Shown: piece by piece, positions 39,827 to 50,297 of the stretch
How positions within the stretch are numbered: position 1 is the first letter of the stretch
How the letters are laid out: every line of letters starts with the position of its first letter
DNA from: Nitrospirota bacterium
Lineage (GTDB): Bacteria; Nitrospirota; UBA9217
DNA length: 64,000 nt
Reading direction: 5' to 3'
Assembly: GCA_963845065.1 (NCBI GenBank)
Contig: CAWJQQ010000001.1
Coordinates: forward strand, 384,001-448,000
Notes under the pieces: model-generated
The model's input: the letters and a program-made list of their open reading frames with translations, nothing else
What the model was told of the DNA's origin: nothing
The model's database searches: none
Translations under genes and position numbers: made by a program

Positions 39827-40772
39827 ACAGCACCTCCAGGATTAAGATTGGCCTCTTTATCCTATGGGCATAACAGAATCTTACTGTTCTGCTATGCTCG
39901 GAGGTACCATTTATACGATTATCATTTCGACTTTGGAATAACATTAGAATGACGGATGTGTCAGCGATGGATATGATAGCATGGGGTAGCATAAGTATCG
40001 TCGGATGAGTATTTATAGAGGGACGCCAAAAATTCAGTCTGGAACTTTAAATTTTATGCGGAAAAGCAATTTCACTAGCTTCGGGATGGACATTATACTT
40101 TTACGAAAATTGTAGAGATCGCACAATGCATGTTTTGGTAGAAGTGTTTTAATTTATCATCCGAATGAAATTATCGACAAATCCTTTTGATTCCCTGATG
40201 TCACGAACCAGCATTATTGGTTACTATTGGCAATCCCGACTAACAACCTCTTATTATATTAACAGTACAACATTACAATTAATTGATAAAGCTATCAGTA
40301 CAAGGATTATTTAAAATCGGGCATTTTATTTTTGGTGGCTGAAAATTAAAATGAAACTCCCCAGCGGGAGCTGGGGGGGCTTCGTTAAATGTTGGATGCG
40401 ACAATCTTGAATGCGCCATGCAGGCTGACGCTTCATACCAGACTGGAATCTGGTGTCTTTTGCGGCTCAATAAAACGCTTTATGTGCACCGGGATTAGGG
40501 ATGCGAACGGAAGGTACATCGCAATGAACTTTACAGCATCCGCAATGGGGTTAGATAGGGACGCGTGCATTGCAAGAAACGTGTCACAGTAATTTATCTA
40601 GAATTTCATTGAAGATTATGACTTGAAACCTGTTTTTTCCCAAAACTCAGCTGCTTTTTGAAGGATATGTTGGAAAGAGCTTTCAGATAGTTTTTTGGTC
40701 TGCTTGCCATGACCGCAGTTTTAAGGTATATATAAAAAGAGGATATCTGATATTCAAAGGAGGCAAAATCGT

Positions 40773-40943
40773 ATGAAAGTCAAGGAGGGGGATGTGCTCA
40801 TTTGTACAAGTAAGGATTGTACAGTAGAACTAAAAGTGATGCACGCCTGCCACAGTAAAAACTGCGGGGTTGAGTGCGATATCAAAGCCTTGTGGCATGA
40901 TAAGCCCATGGGGTCAGAAGAAATAGAGCAAACTGTAAACTGA
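40773..40943 (+). CDS. Small Cys-rich protein (56 aa)
   Basis: AAGGAGG RBS; MKVKEGDVLICTSKDCTVELKVMHACHSKNCGVECDIKALWHDKPM. Confidence 0.65.
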   Translation: MKVKEGDVLICTSKDCTVELKVMHACHSKNCGVECDIKALWHDKPMGSEEIEQTVN

Positions 40944-41344
40944 GCATACGATAGAATGGTGAAGGAGTGATGAGTCACCCCTTTACTTTTTCAACTCTGA
41001 AATCAGGTTTGTGCTATTCGCTGGGTCGAAGCTTTCGCCATCGAATGGCATGTCTTTATCCGATCCCCTCCAAGCAGACCACACGGTTTGTTAATATCGA
41101 GGCGCTCATCGAAGTATATCTTTACGGTGTCAGCTGTCATTGAACTGACCCCCTCCGTTTAGAAAATTTATGTTAGACTGTTAAGCAGGATTCCTGGCAT
41201 GAGACAGGCAGATAGGATCTTGTTATGAGAAAATAGAGAAGATTCAGCGTCGAATTTGAAATAGAGGAATTGAGACGATAAATTCTCAAACATAAAGAGA
41301 AGAATAATGGCAGCAACTGAAAATGAAGTTGCATATGCTTTGTT

Positions 41345-41587
41345 GTCCGCCGCTACAAGGAAGAGGGCACCATTACCACGCTCTTCGACATGACGGTGCA
41401 CAACTGTATGGACCGCTTCCACCTCGTGGTGGACGCCATCGACCATGTTTCGCGGACCGGCGACAATGGTATCTACCTGAAGCAATATATATCAAGGCCA
41501 AATTGGTTGAGCACAAGCAGTATATCGACAAACACGGCCAAGACATGTCGAAAATCCGGGACAGGAAGTGGAGCAGCCCCCGAAATG
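41345..41587 (+). pseudogene. Phosphoketolase (Xfp) C-terminal fragment
   Basis: [28 protein letters not shown]..then frameshift to [18 protein letters not shown]. Confidence 0.85.
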
Positions 41588-41646
41588 AATGCGCAAGAGC
41601 TTATGCACTCTACAGAAACCTATGCCGATCAGCCCAAGGATCTTCA

Positions 41647-43392
41647 GTGAAACAACTAATAATATTGATGCGGGGCTTTTGGCTTTCAGCGCCACTGGTT
41701 TTGATCGCTCTGTTTTGCGGATCTGGATGCGGCCCAGCAAGCACTGCTGAGACTCAGCTTGCAACTATCAGCACAGAAAGTTCGAGTGCGCTGGAGCTTA
41801 ACTCCGAAGGTCAAGCCTGGCTGAGCGCCGCCATTAGCCGTGGCAGTTTCTCCGATTTGCGTTGGCCAGATTTCAACGATTACAGCATGAACGTGAAGAA
41901 ATTCTACGAGCTCAACGGTGATTCATTGTGGTGGGTCAAGGGAATGGAGCCGACCGCACAGGCGCGGCAGATGATCGCGCTGTTGCTCAAGGCCGACCAA
42001 AAGGGGCTCTCCGCGGAAGACTACGACGGATCTCGGTGGAACGATCGGCTGGCAAAACTCAAACCTGAGAAGCGGCAGCCGACCGAGGCCGATTCTGTAA
42101 AATTCGATCTCGCCCTCACGGTTTGCGCGATGAGGTATATCTCCGACCTCCACATCGGCAAGGTAAATCCGAGGCATTTCGACTTCGCCTACGATGATGA
42201 GTCCAAGAAATATGATTTGGCCAAATTTCTAAAAGACAATGTTGTCGATGTGAGCGACATTGCTGGCCACTTGGCTCAAGTGGAGCCGCCCTATCCCGGT
42301 TACCGGCGCATGATTCAAACCCTGCAAACGTATCTCGAGCTTGCTAGGAAAGATGATGGAGAGCAGCTCCCGAGCGTGAAAAAAACGATTGTACCTGGCG
42401 ATTCCTATCCCGGCGTCGCAAGGCTTACGCGACTGCTCCGGTTGGTTGGCGACCTCCCGGCTGATGCCAATGTCCCGTCTGATCAAACCGCTTACGCAGG
42501 TGCTCTGGTGGACGCTGTAAAGAGTTTCCAGCTCCGCCATGGCCGATATCCGAGCGGACGAATTGATACTCAAACCCTGTCTGACTTGAATGTTCCTCTG
42601 AGCCGTCGAGTTCGACAAATGCAACTAACCCTTGAGCGATGGCGGTGGTTGCCGGACGAGTATCAAAAAGCGCCCATCGTGGTCAATATCCCCGAATTCC
42701 GTCTCCGCGCCTATGATAAAGACTTCGATATCGGTGTGACGATGAACGTCGTGGTGGGCAAAGCGTACGACCATGACACCCCGGTGTTTACCGACACCAT
42801 GGAGTACGTCGTTTTCCGCCCATATTGGGAGGTGCCATATTCCATTACAAGAGATGAAATGATTCCGCACATTGTTCGCGATCCCGACTACTTGACAAAG
42901 TATGGATTCGAGATTGTGGACAGCGGGCAGAACGTCGTATCGGTGGGGACGGCCACGAACGAATTACTCGACCTACTCCGGGCCGGGAAACTTTTCGTCC
43001 GACAAAAGCCGGGTTCAAAGAACGACCTAGGACTTGTGAAATTTGTTTTCCCAAACAGCTACAGCGTATACATGCACGACACTCCGGCCACAGTACTCTT
43101 CGGGAGGTCCCGGCGGGATTTCAGCCACGGCTGTATCCGGCTGGAGAAACCCGCTGATCTGGCTGAGTGGGTCCTGCGCGACAATCCAGGCTGGACCCCG
43201 GAACGTATTCGAGCGGCCATGTACGGCGGCACGACCCAGCAGGTGAATCTCGCACACCCGATTCCGGTCTTGATCGTCTATGCCACCGTTATCGTGCTGA
43301 AAGATGGACTGGTTCACTTCTACGATGACATCTACGGTCACGACGCCGCACTGGACAAGATTCTTGCGAAGGGCTACCCATATCCATGGTAA
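41647..43392 (+). CDS. Murein L,D-transpeptidase, YcbB/LdtD type
   Basis: Signal/lipobox, scaffold and PG-binding domains, LERWRW, VNIP, YMHDTP..SHGCIRL. Confidence 0.93.
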   Translation: MKQLIILMRGFWLSAPLVLIALFCGSGCGPASTAETQLATISTESSSALELNSEGQAWLSAAISRGSFSDLRWPDFNDYSMNVKKFYELNGDSLWWVKGMEPTAQARQMIALLLKADQKGLSAEDYDGSRWNDRLAKLKPEKRQPTEADSVKFDLALTVCAMRYISDLHIGKVNPRHFDFAYDDESKKYDLAKFLKDNVVDVSDIAGHLAQVEPPYPGYRRMIQTLQTYLELARKDDGEQLPSVKKTIVPGDSYPGVARLTRLLRLVGDLPADANVPSDQTAYAGALVDAVKSFQLRHGRYPSGRIDTQTLSDLNVPLSRRVRQMQLTLERWRWLPDEYQKAPIVVNIPEFRLRAYDKDFDIGVTMNVVVGKAYDHDTPVFTDTMEYVVFRPYWEVPYSITRDEMIPHIVRDPDYLTKYGFEIVDSGQNVVSVGTATNELLDLLRAGKLFVRQKPGSKNDLGLVKFVFPNSYSVYMHDTPATVLFGRSRRDFSHGCIRLEKPADLAEWVLRDNPGWTPERIRAAMYGGTTQQVNLAHPIPVLIVYATVIVLKDGLVHFYDDIYGHDAALDKILAKGYPYPW

Positions 43393-43716
43393 GGGCTTGT
43401 CCGATGGGGAATTTTGTTGAGGTAAGGCAAGAAGAGACAGTCCAGCACGATGTAATCGCTACGCTGAACCTCTGGAATCCCATAAATAGGGAAACAGACA
43501 GACTGTTAGAGGGTTATCATGTGATCAAGGATTTTAATTTTATATACGCATGCAGACTTAGTAAATTACGTCAGGGAAGTACGTGCCGTAGAATTACAGA
43601 GTATTTGTTTTACGTAAAATTACGTCCGAAGAGTACAACCGTAAAACAACGATTTTTCTCGGATTATAGCCACCACAGCGCTTAGCCGAGGATAACACAA
43701 GCGTAGATGGCAAATA

Positions 43717-44178
43717 TCAGGTTAATACATGGGCAATGATTTTGCTTATGATGATGGCTACTGCTGCCACAACAAGATGTTTAATAACTTCTGGAAGAAT
43801 CCTGACGTTTCTTTCGCGTGCAAGAAAGTAGGTTAACACACCTAACAACAGATTGCCCCAGACAATCGATCCTAGGACAACAACTTTAGGCGGAAATACG
43901 ATGACTATTAACACGAAGCTGAGGGAACCAAACAACCGTGTGATAAAGTTCGACAACGTTCCGATGAACGCCTCTCGTTCATCAAGTCGCTCAGACTCTT
44001 GATAGATATGGATGCTCAATGAATCAGTGATGTTGTCCGCAAGCGCGACAATCAGTAGAGCGGTAATGAGCGTGGATTTGCCCGTCCCAACTGCGTTGAG
44101 GCCAGTTATCAGGGCCATGCTAGTAACAATCGCAGCCGTGCCCCCATAACTGATTCGGCTAATTTTATTCATTATCAT
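43717..44178 (-). CDS. VIT1/CCC1-like membrane protein
   Basis: YGGTAAIVT..ALADNITDSLSIHIYQESE; about five TMs. Confidence 0.7.
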   Translation of the reverse strand: MIMNKISRISYGGTAAIVTSMALITGLNAVGTGKSTLITALLIVALADNITDSLSIHIYQESERLDEREAFIGTLSNFITRLFGSLSFVLIVIVFPPKVVVLGSIVWGNLLLGVLTYFLARERNVRILPEVIKHLVVAAVAIIISKIIAHVLT

Positions 44179-44370
44179 AGCGGCGTGCAAGAATTGGAGT
44201 CTACTCTGCCTCCTCGCTGGTTTCCATATTCAACTGAATAGGTGTTATTAAATTACGATGGCAATTTGATATTTCGGAGTGGTGCAACTTTCACAAATTA
44301 GCGAAAGATAACCAATTTTAGCACAAATATATGACTAATCTAAGAAGATGTCAACCATCCGGGCATTCCT

Positions 44371-44619
44371 TGTTGTCCCAAAGTAGAACTGTCCTATCAC
44401 ACCAAAATAGAAATGTCCGCTTCTTTTACATTAAAAGCGCCTCTAGCCGTACTCAAACTGAACTTTTTAAGGATCTCATGGCAATCAAGCTCTGTTAGCA
44501 CTACTTTTATGTCGTTTACGATACGTAGAGCATTTGCAGGTGCATTAATGCAGGCTCCCCTGACATTTGAACAACTGTCTTAATATCTTAAAATAGGACA
44601 CTTCTATTTTGGGATTACA
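44371..44619. mobile_element. 249-bp IS1202-like MITE
   Basis: TGT..ACA ends, 27-bp IR with 4 mismatches, 16-bp TSD CCATCCGGGCATTCCT. Confidence 0.88.
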
Positions 44620-44664
44620 CCATCCGGGCATTCCTCATAGAAGAGCAGGATAACCGCTTTTGAT

Positions 44665-44780
44665 TATATCAGGAGCCGCAAGCTGACGATAGCGTGACGC
44701 GGAACCCGAGGTTCTACTAATTCTATGAGCCTATTGTGGATTCCAAGGGAGTAGGGGGTAGTCCTGGCTCCCTTTTTTTG
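44665..44780 (+). ncRNA. Candidate structured RNA/terminator
   Basis: GGAGCC/GGCTCC outer stem, nested GGAACCC/GGATTCC and AGGTTC/GAGCCT stems, U-tract. Confidence 0.4.
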
Positions 44781-44871
44781 GGGGTCAAGAAAAGAAAAAC
44801 CTACTTGTTAATACATGGGCTTGGAATAACGGAATAGAGAGAACATACCTACTGAAGCAAAAAAAATCGAT

Positions 44872-46353
44872 TTATCGCCATTCAATTCCTTTTTCAAATA
44901 AGTAGGCTTGGGTTTTTTTTTGTCCTAACTGTGCAGCCATCTTGAGATTTTGGATCCTCATATTATTGTCTCCTTGCGCCGCATAAGCGTTCGCGCGATG
45001 AATATATGCCTCCCCATCTTTCGGATTTAATTCTATAGCTTTGCTATAATCATCGATAGCCTGCTGATGGTCTCCTAAAGCGTTAAAAGCACTCCCTCGA
45101 TTAATATATGCATCTGCATTTTTCGGATTTAATTCTATAGCTTTGCTGTAATCATCAATAGCCCTCTGATAATCACGCAAATCGAAATAAACAAAACCCC
45201 GATTATTATATGCCTGGAACATATTCGGATTTAGTTTTATAGCTTTACTGTAATCATCGATAGCCTGCTGATGATAACCTAGGCCATGGTACGCACTGCC
45301 TCGATTATAATACGCCTCCGAATTATTTGGATTCAGTTCTATAGCTTTGTTGTAATCATTGACAGCCTGATGAAGGTTGCCTAAAGCCTCATAGGTAACT
45401 CCACGATTCGAGTACGCTTCTGCATAATTCGGATTTAATTCTATAGCTTTGTTGTAATCATTGATAGCCTGATGAAGGTTGCCCAAAGTCTTATAAGTAA
45501 ATCCTCGATTAAAGTATGCTATTGCATAATTTGGATTTAGTTTTATAGCTTTGCTGTAATCATCGATAGCCTGCTGATATTTGCCTAAATCGCCATAATT
45601 AAATCCGCGATTATTATATGCATCCTCATTAGTTGGAATTAATTCAAGAACTTTATCGTAATCACTGATAGCTTGCTGATGTCTTCCAAGTCGAGTATAT
45701 GCATCACCACGACTAAAATATGCCAATGCAAAATTCGGAAACAGTTCTATTGCATTAGTATATGCTTTAATGGCACTATTAGGGTTATTTGACATGCGAA
45801 ATGCCAAACCTCTTTCAAACAAATCTGCCGCACTTAAATCTTCTATCGCATTTGCATACTCATGCTGTATTTTGGGATCTCCCTTTACTAATTTTAAGTC
45901 CTTCTTGAGCTGTTCAACTTCCTTCAATGCTTCTTCAGCTAATTTATTTGATTCCTCAAGTTCATTGATTTTCTGTACATCATTTCTCAAGACATCAACT
46001 GTCCTAACCACTTCTCTTGGGTCTGCTGTTATCTTCGCTTTAAGATAATAAGTTTTTCCATCCCATTTCTCGTCAATAACCTCAGCACTCACGATTCCTG
46101 CAATAAGCGTTGTTATTTGTTCTTTGGTAATCTGATAATTTATAACGTTGGTTTCAGTGGTTAGATAAGTCCCAAGCTGTTCCAACAAGGCTCGCTTAAC
46201 CTGTTCAAGTGCAATGGCCCGGCTTGACACTTTGTTGTCAATTTCGCTTGCCGTATAGGTATATTCCTTTATGAAGATTATGCTTTCAGCGGAGGCTATG
46301 TTGGTTAAAAATATTAAACCGATAACTGAGAAAACTAATTTAGCTCTATTCAT
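44872..46353 (-). CDS. Exported TPR-repeat protein
   Basis: Signal peptide; ~9 TPRs (AYNNRG..AIDDYSKAIELNP) with 102-bp DNA repeats. Confidence 0.92.
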   Translation of the reverse strand: MNRAKLVFSVIGLIFLTNIASAESIIFIKEYTYTASEIDNKVSSRAIALEQVKRALLEQLGTYLTTETNVINYQITKEQITTLIAGIVSAEVIDEKWDGKTYYLKAKITADPREVVRTVDVLRNDVQKINELEESNKLAEEALKEVEQLKKDLKLVKGDPKIQHEYANAIEDLSAADLFERGLAFRMSNNPNSAIKAYTNAIELFPNFALAYFSRGDAYTRLGRHQQAISDYDKVLELIPTNEDAYNNRGFNYGDLGKYQQAIDDYSKAIKLNPNYAIAYFNRGFTYKTLGNLHQAINDYNKAIELNPNYAEAYSNRGVTYEALGNLHQAVNDYNKAIELNPNNSEAYYNRGSAYHGLGYHQQAIDDYSKAIKLNPNMFQAYNNRGFVYFDLRDYQRAIDDYSKAIELNPKNADAYINRGSAFNALGDHQQAIDDYSKAIELNPKDGEAYIHRANAYAAQGDNNMRIQNLKMAAQLGQKKTQAYLFEKGIEWR

Positions 46354-46534
46354 TATTATGAGGCATCCCTTCATCTAAGGGGATTCAGATATGTATATTG
46401 CCAAAGCAGTATGGCAGGCGAAAATAACTGTGTCAAGTGCTATTCAAGACAACGCTGTTGTGATTTAGCGGCGAAGAAAAGGGAAGCTCATTCGATTAGT
46501 AATGGTCTTGAAGATAAGAGAACAGAGAGGATGT

Positions 46535-46822
46535 GATTCCTTCACACCAAGAAATACATCATTATCAGCTTTGGCAACTCTGAATTTTACGACCTTCAAT
46601 GCCTTTATATTGATGGTCTCGCCTGCGGCAGGATTTCTGCCCATGCGAGCCTTGCGCTGAACAAGAACGAACTTGTCGAGTTCAGGTAGCGTGATGGCGT
46701 TCTTGGCTTCCTTGTTACGGTTTCAACGATGAAATCGAGTATTTCACCTGTCGCCTTCTTTAAAAGAGATCCCTTCTCAGATACTTTTGCGATCCGCTGC
46801 TATTTGGCAATGCTTTCGACAC
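46535..46822 (-). pseudogene. HU-family DNA-binding protein pseudogene
   Basis: KEAKNAITLPELDKFVLVQRKARMGRNPAAGETINIKALKVVKFRVAK; stop and frameshift in the N-terminal part. Confidence 0.8.
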
Positions 46823-46883
46823 GTGTGATGCTCCTCCCGTGATATAGATTTATGTTGATAGACAACTTACCGCATGCCATTGG

Positions 46884-47312
46884 CTAAGCGTTATATCTAT
46901 TATTGAAATCTGAGTCCGACATTGAAAGATACATTATCCCTTCAATAAAACCTACAATAGAAGGTATAAACGTCCAGCAAAATACAAGGTAAATTAGCCC
47001 CCCTACAATGTATCCGAGGTAAAATTTGTGGATACCAAGACCACCAAGAAATATGGCAAAAAGAGCGGCTGTAACACGACTACGGTCCTTTTTACTTGAT
47101 TGAAGTGCTTGCCGGACACCGCATTTAGGACAGATTTCGGCATGGAAGGATATTTGAGTCCCACACGCATGACAATATTTGGTCGATATTGTTCCTTGAG
47201 CAGTGGAATCACTTGTTCTTGATTGTTTCTTACGGTCTGTCCCGGCAAAAATAAGTAGAATAGCGAGTACAAATAATGCAAAAAATGGATGTGGGATACC
47301 AAACCCAAACAT
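46884..47312 (-). CDS. Zinc-ribbon + TM2 domain protein
   Basis: CHACG..CPKCG; AIFLGGLGIHKFYLG. Confidence 0.88.
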   Translation of the reverse strand: MFGFGIPHPFFALFVLAILLIFAGTDRKKQSRTSDSTAQGTISTKYCHACGTQISFHAEICPKCGVRQALQSSKKDRSRVTAALFAIFLGGLGIHKFYLGYIVGGLIYLVFCWTFIPSIVGFIEGIMYLSMSDSDFNNRYNA

Positions 47313-47496
47313 TGGTACTGCCCCCTGTAAAATAGGTCGGTGTTTCAGTGCCAATAATATAGATGAATGCTGGGCTATTGGCAAGGACTTTCGACTATCA
47401 AAGGCCATCGCGAAGGTCACGTACATAAGGAGAAACGTCACCTTCTTAATCTACAGGACCTGTGATTTGCATCATTATTCGGTGTGTTATACTTCG

Positions 47497-48810
47497 TCAA
47501 AAATGCGTCTCGATCCCTGCCATATAATTACTTGTGAAAAGGGAATTAAATTCGGTGTTCCTGCCGCTACCCACGGCAATAGTGTTGATGTTAAAGAGCT
47601 GAAGGCGATTTGAAATTTTCCATTCAATGATCGACGATGCTTGCCCTGCATCTTCTTCTATACCGTGCGTATATCTTACGATTACATCCAGGACGTTATC
47701 GATTTCCCTGACCTGAAATTGTCCCATGAGATAGTATTTTCTCAAAAACGGCAACTCGTTGTTCAGCGAATCATCCAGCGTCATCTGCGATAAGCCGGAT
47801 AGCAAGGTACTGTCGAAAAAATGGTCATGGGCATTTCGGCGGATCATATAGTACGCCTCGGCTTCTGCATTGTCGTAGCCCTGGTCGTTGTAAAGAAACT
47901 CCATGCTGAAAGTTGGTCCAGACAGGAACGTATATGCTCCCCCCGCAGTTATTGTCGTGAAAAGTCTACTTGCGTAGTCATACTGTTTTGCAAAGGCGCC
48001 GCCCAATGGATTGGTCGGGTCCAGGACAGGATAGAGCGCGTCCGTTCCTTTCGAGACGATACCGTCGTAGTAGAGGAGTAAAGCGTCGGATGCCGTCCAC
48101 TGTCCGTAGCTTCCCAGGCGGGTCCGGTCGTTCTGCTGATAATACGCGATCACGCTGATCAATGAATTGCTGCTCAAGAAGTCGGCCTTTAGTGCCTGCA
48201 CTGGTTTGAGTGACTCGCCGAGTTCGTCGGTTTCTTTCTGCGTCTCCGTGATCAGATTGATCGTGATCGCGTTATTCGGGACATAAATCGCTTTGGCTAG
48301 ATACTTTCCTTCCACCTCAAGTATCGGGTTTATTTTTTCCGTATCTTTGAACAGAATGTTCGACGGGCTTGCCAGAAAAGAGGGGCCCCAGAGCAACTTT
48401 TCTTTTCCGAAAGAAACAAACAGGGTTGAGAGTGGGTTTACCTGAACACGCCACTCATTCACGAATGTCCGGTCCAATAAATCGATTTTGCCTTTTGGGG
48501 CGCCATCCTCCCACCAGGAGTAAGTAATATTGATCCTCGGTTTGAACACGGCACTCACATCGGGATAATCCAGAAAAAAATCGGGCCGCAGGTCGAGTTC
48601 AGTAGAATACCGGTAGAGGTTGAGGAAGGCGTTGTCGGGATTCTGCGTTGAATGGGAGGGTGATTGCTCAGTACCAAAGACAAACGCTTTGATGTTGTAA
48701 GAAAAGGCTTCGCTGCTCGGGGCATCCTCACTCGCCGCGAAAACTAGGGGAGGGAAAGAAAAGAGTACCGTGATAACAAAAATCGCCATTGATGATTTCT
48801 TGAATTTCAT
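47497..48810 (-). CDS. Probable outer-membrane beta-barrel protein
   Basis: Signal peptide, GKEKLLWG, C-terminal Phe. Confidence 0.75.
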   Translation of the reverse strand: MKFKKSSMAIFVITVLFSFPPLVFAASEDAPSSEAFSYNIKAFVFGTEQSPSHSTQNPDNAFLNLYRYSTELDLRPDFFLDYPDVSAVFKPRINITYSWWEDGAPKGKIDLLDRTFVNEWRVQVNPLSTLFVSFGKEKLLWGPSFLASPSNILFKDTEKINPILEVEGKYLAKAIYVPNNAITINLITETQKETDELGESLKPVQALKADFLSSNSLISVIAYYQQNDRTRLGSYGQWTASDALLLYYDGIVSKGTDALYPVLDPTNPLGGAFAKQYDYASRLFTTITAGGAYTFLSGPTFSMEFLYNDQGYDNAEAEAYYMIRRNAHDHFFDSTLLSGLSQMTLDDSLNNELPFLRKYYLMGQFQVREIDNVLDVIVRYTHGIEEDAGQASSIIEWKISNRLQLFNINTIAVGSGRNTEFNSLFTSNYMAGIETHF

Positions 48811-48964
48811 AACATGATCTCAAACTGTAATCAAAAAAAATGATCCTTGCCCTGTTCATAACCGCCTGGGGGACCAGAGCCTCACACGGCTCCATTTACT
48901 TCCTCGAACAGCATAGTTCCTTTCTCGGTGCCTCTATGCCTCTGCAGTTGACTGATTTAATCTT

Positions 48965-49717
48965 CTACCGTACAAGCACATTCAGATTGAACGTCGTATC
49001 GGGAATCGACTCGACTTTGATATGCGTATAGGTCATCGTCGTTACTCTGTCCCGCTGTATCGCGTCCCGGATGATCAGTTCAGAAACAAAGGGAATTTCT
49101 TCCTGATCGTCCATTTTGACCCGATTTTCATACTTGAAGTCCGCGGTTTTGAAGAGCTTGCCGGACAAGGTATAAAACTCGGCCTTCACTCCGACAAGCC
49201 GCTCTTTTGAAACCCAGTACTTGATCCGGTCATAGGTCACGTTCTTATTTGCTGCCTTCAGATCCAGAACGTAGCATACTTCTCCGCGCACATCTTCCTC
49301 GCCTAGAAACACTGCATCATAATCCCCGGCATAATTCGTTGACGCGATATCACCATTTGCCGCATCACCGATAAGTTTCTGGCGTGGCGAGAGCGAGACA
49401 GGTTTTTGCAGTCCCGAGCGGATGAACCACATATTGCGATCGACCATAAGCACCATACGGTCATTCATGTTAGCAGGGCTTGTAAATTTCGCCAGCGTAT
49501 CATTCCGCTTCACTTTCACGAGCATTCCCCGCGATTCGTTCGATCCCTCTTCGGTAGTGGTGATTTTAATGTTCCAGACAATGCCGCCGAGATTGCCCCG
49601 TGAGCGGTCTGCGTGCTTCAGGATGTCTTTCACCGATAGGTCTTCCGCATGCGCGCTGCCGATGACTGCATACAGGCCGAGCAACAGACTGAGTATGATC
49701 AGATTGTATTGTTTCAT
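48965..49717 (-). CDS. LolA-like outer-membrane lipoprotein-sorting protein
   Basis: LSPRQKLIGDAANGDIA, YDRIKYWV, SGKLFKT. Confidence 0.85.
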   Translation of the reverse strand: MKQYNLIILSLLLGLYAVIGSAHAEDLSVKDILKHADRSRGNLGGIVWNIKITTTEEGSNESRGMLVKVKRNDTLAKFTSPANMNDRMVLMVDRNMWFIRSGLQKPVSLSPRQKLIGDAANGDIASTNYAGDYDAVFLGEEDVRGEVCYVLDLKAANKNVTYDRIKYWVSKERLVGVKAEFYTLSGKLFKTADFKYENRVKMDDQEEIPFVSELIIRDAIQRDRVTTMTYTHIKVESIPDTTFNLNVLVR

Positions 49718-49732
49718 ATAAACACGCCTCCT

Positions 49733-50236
49733 TTATTGCCGATCCTTCATCCTATCTATTTCTTTGAAGAGCAGTTCCTTGGCTTCGTCTGACGGGCCTC
49801 CCGTGTACAGATACCGTATATAGCCGTTGCTGTCAATGAGAACCACATTGGGAACGCCTTTCGTAAGCCGGTAGGCCGTAAAAATCACTCCATTCCAGTC
49901 GAGGAGGATACTGTTCGGGTATTTTTTAAAATCGTTCCTGACTTTTCCCTTCAGAAAAAACGGCACGTTTCGTACATCGGCTACACCGAGAACCCTCATG
50001 CTCTTCTCATATTTTTTCTGGATTGATGATGCCCATCGGTAATTTTGCTCTTCTCCCTTTTTGTCGCTTGCGAGCAGTACGAGCGGCCGGCGAGCAAAAG
50101 ACTGCAGACTGTATTGCCGGTAATATTGATCGTAGAGGTTGAACTCAGGAGCCATGGTATTGATGAGCAAATGTTCTCCCGTTGCGACACCAGTATAAAG
50201 GAGAAAAAGTCCAATGAAGAGAATAAACTGTTTCAT
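49733..50236 (-). CDS. Exported thioredoxin/AhpC-fold (YtfJ-like) protein without CxxC
   Basis: APEFNLYDQ, ILLDWNG, PNVVLIDSNG; no Cys. Confidence 0.75.
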   Translation of the reverse strand: MKQFILFIGLFLLYTGVATGEHLLINTMAPEFNLYDQYYRQYSLQSFARRPLVLLASDKKGEEQNYRWASSIQKKYEKSMRVLGVADVRNVPFFLKGKVRNDFKKYPNSILLDWNGVIFTAYRLTKGVPNVVLIDSNGYIRYLYTGGPSDEAKELLFKEIDRMKDRQ

Positions 50237-50297
50237 GATTTCCTCCGTGAAGCCGCCCGGCTTCCCTGCTTCTGCGATATCCTGGGCTGATAAAATG

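Noticed and set aside
41128..41160. IS21-like terminal sequence
   Set aside because: Isolated motif with no matching end or istAB genes
41323..41646. Long N-terminal extension of the L,D-transpeptidase ORF
   Set aside because: Chance read-through of a phosphoketolase remnant; the RBS and signal peptide point to GTG 41647
44645..44700. Fluoride riboswitch (AACCGC..GCTGACGA)
   Set aside because: The 5' GGNGAUG..UUCRCC element and pseudoknot partner are missing, and there is no downstream gene on that strand
45000..45720. 102-bp tandem repeats as an array or DGR template/variable pair
   Set aside because: They are in-frame TPR coding repeats, and no reverse transcriptase is present
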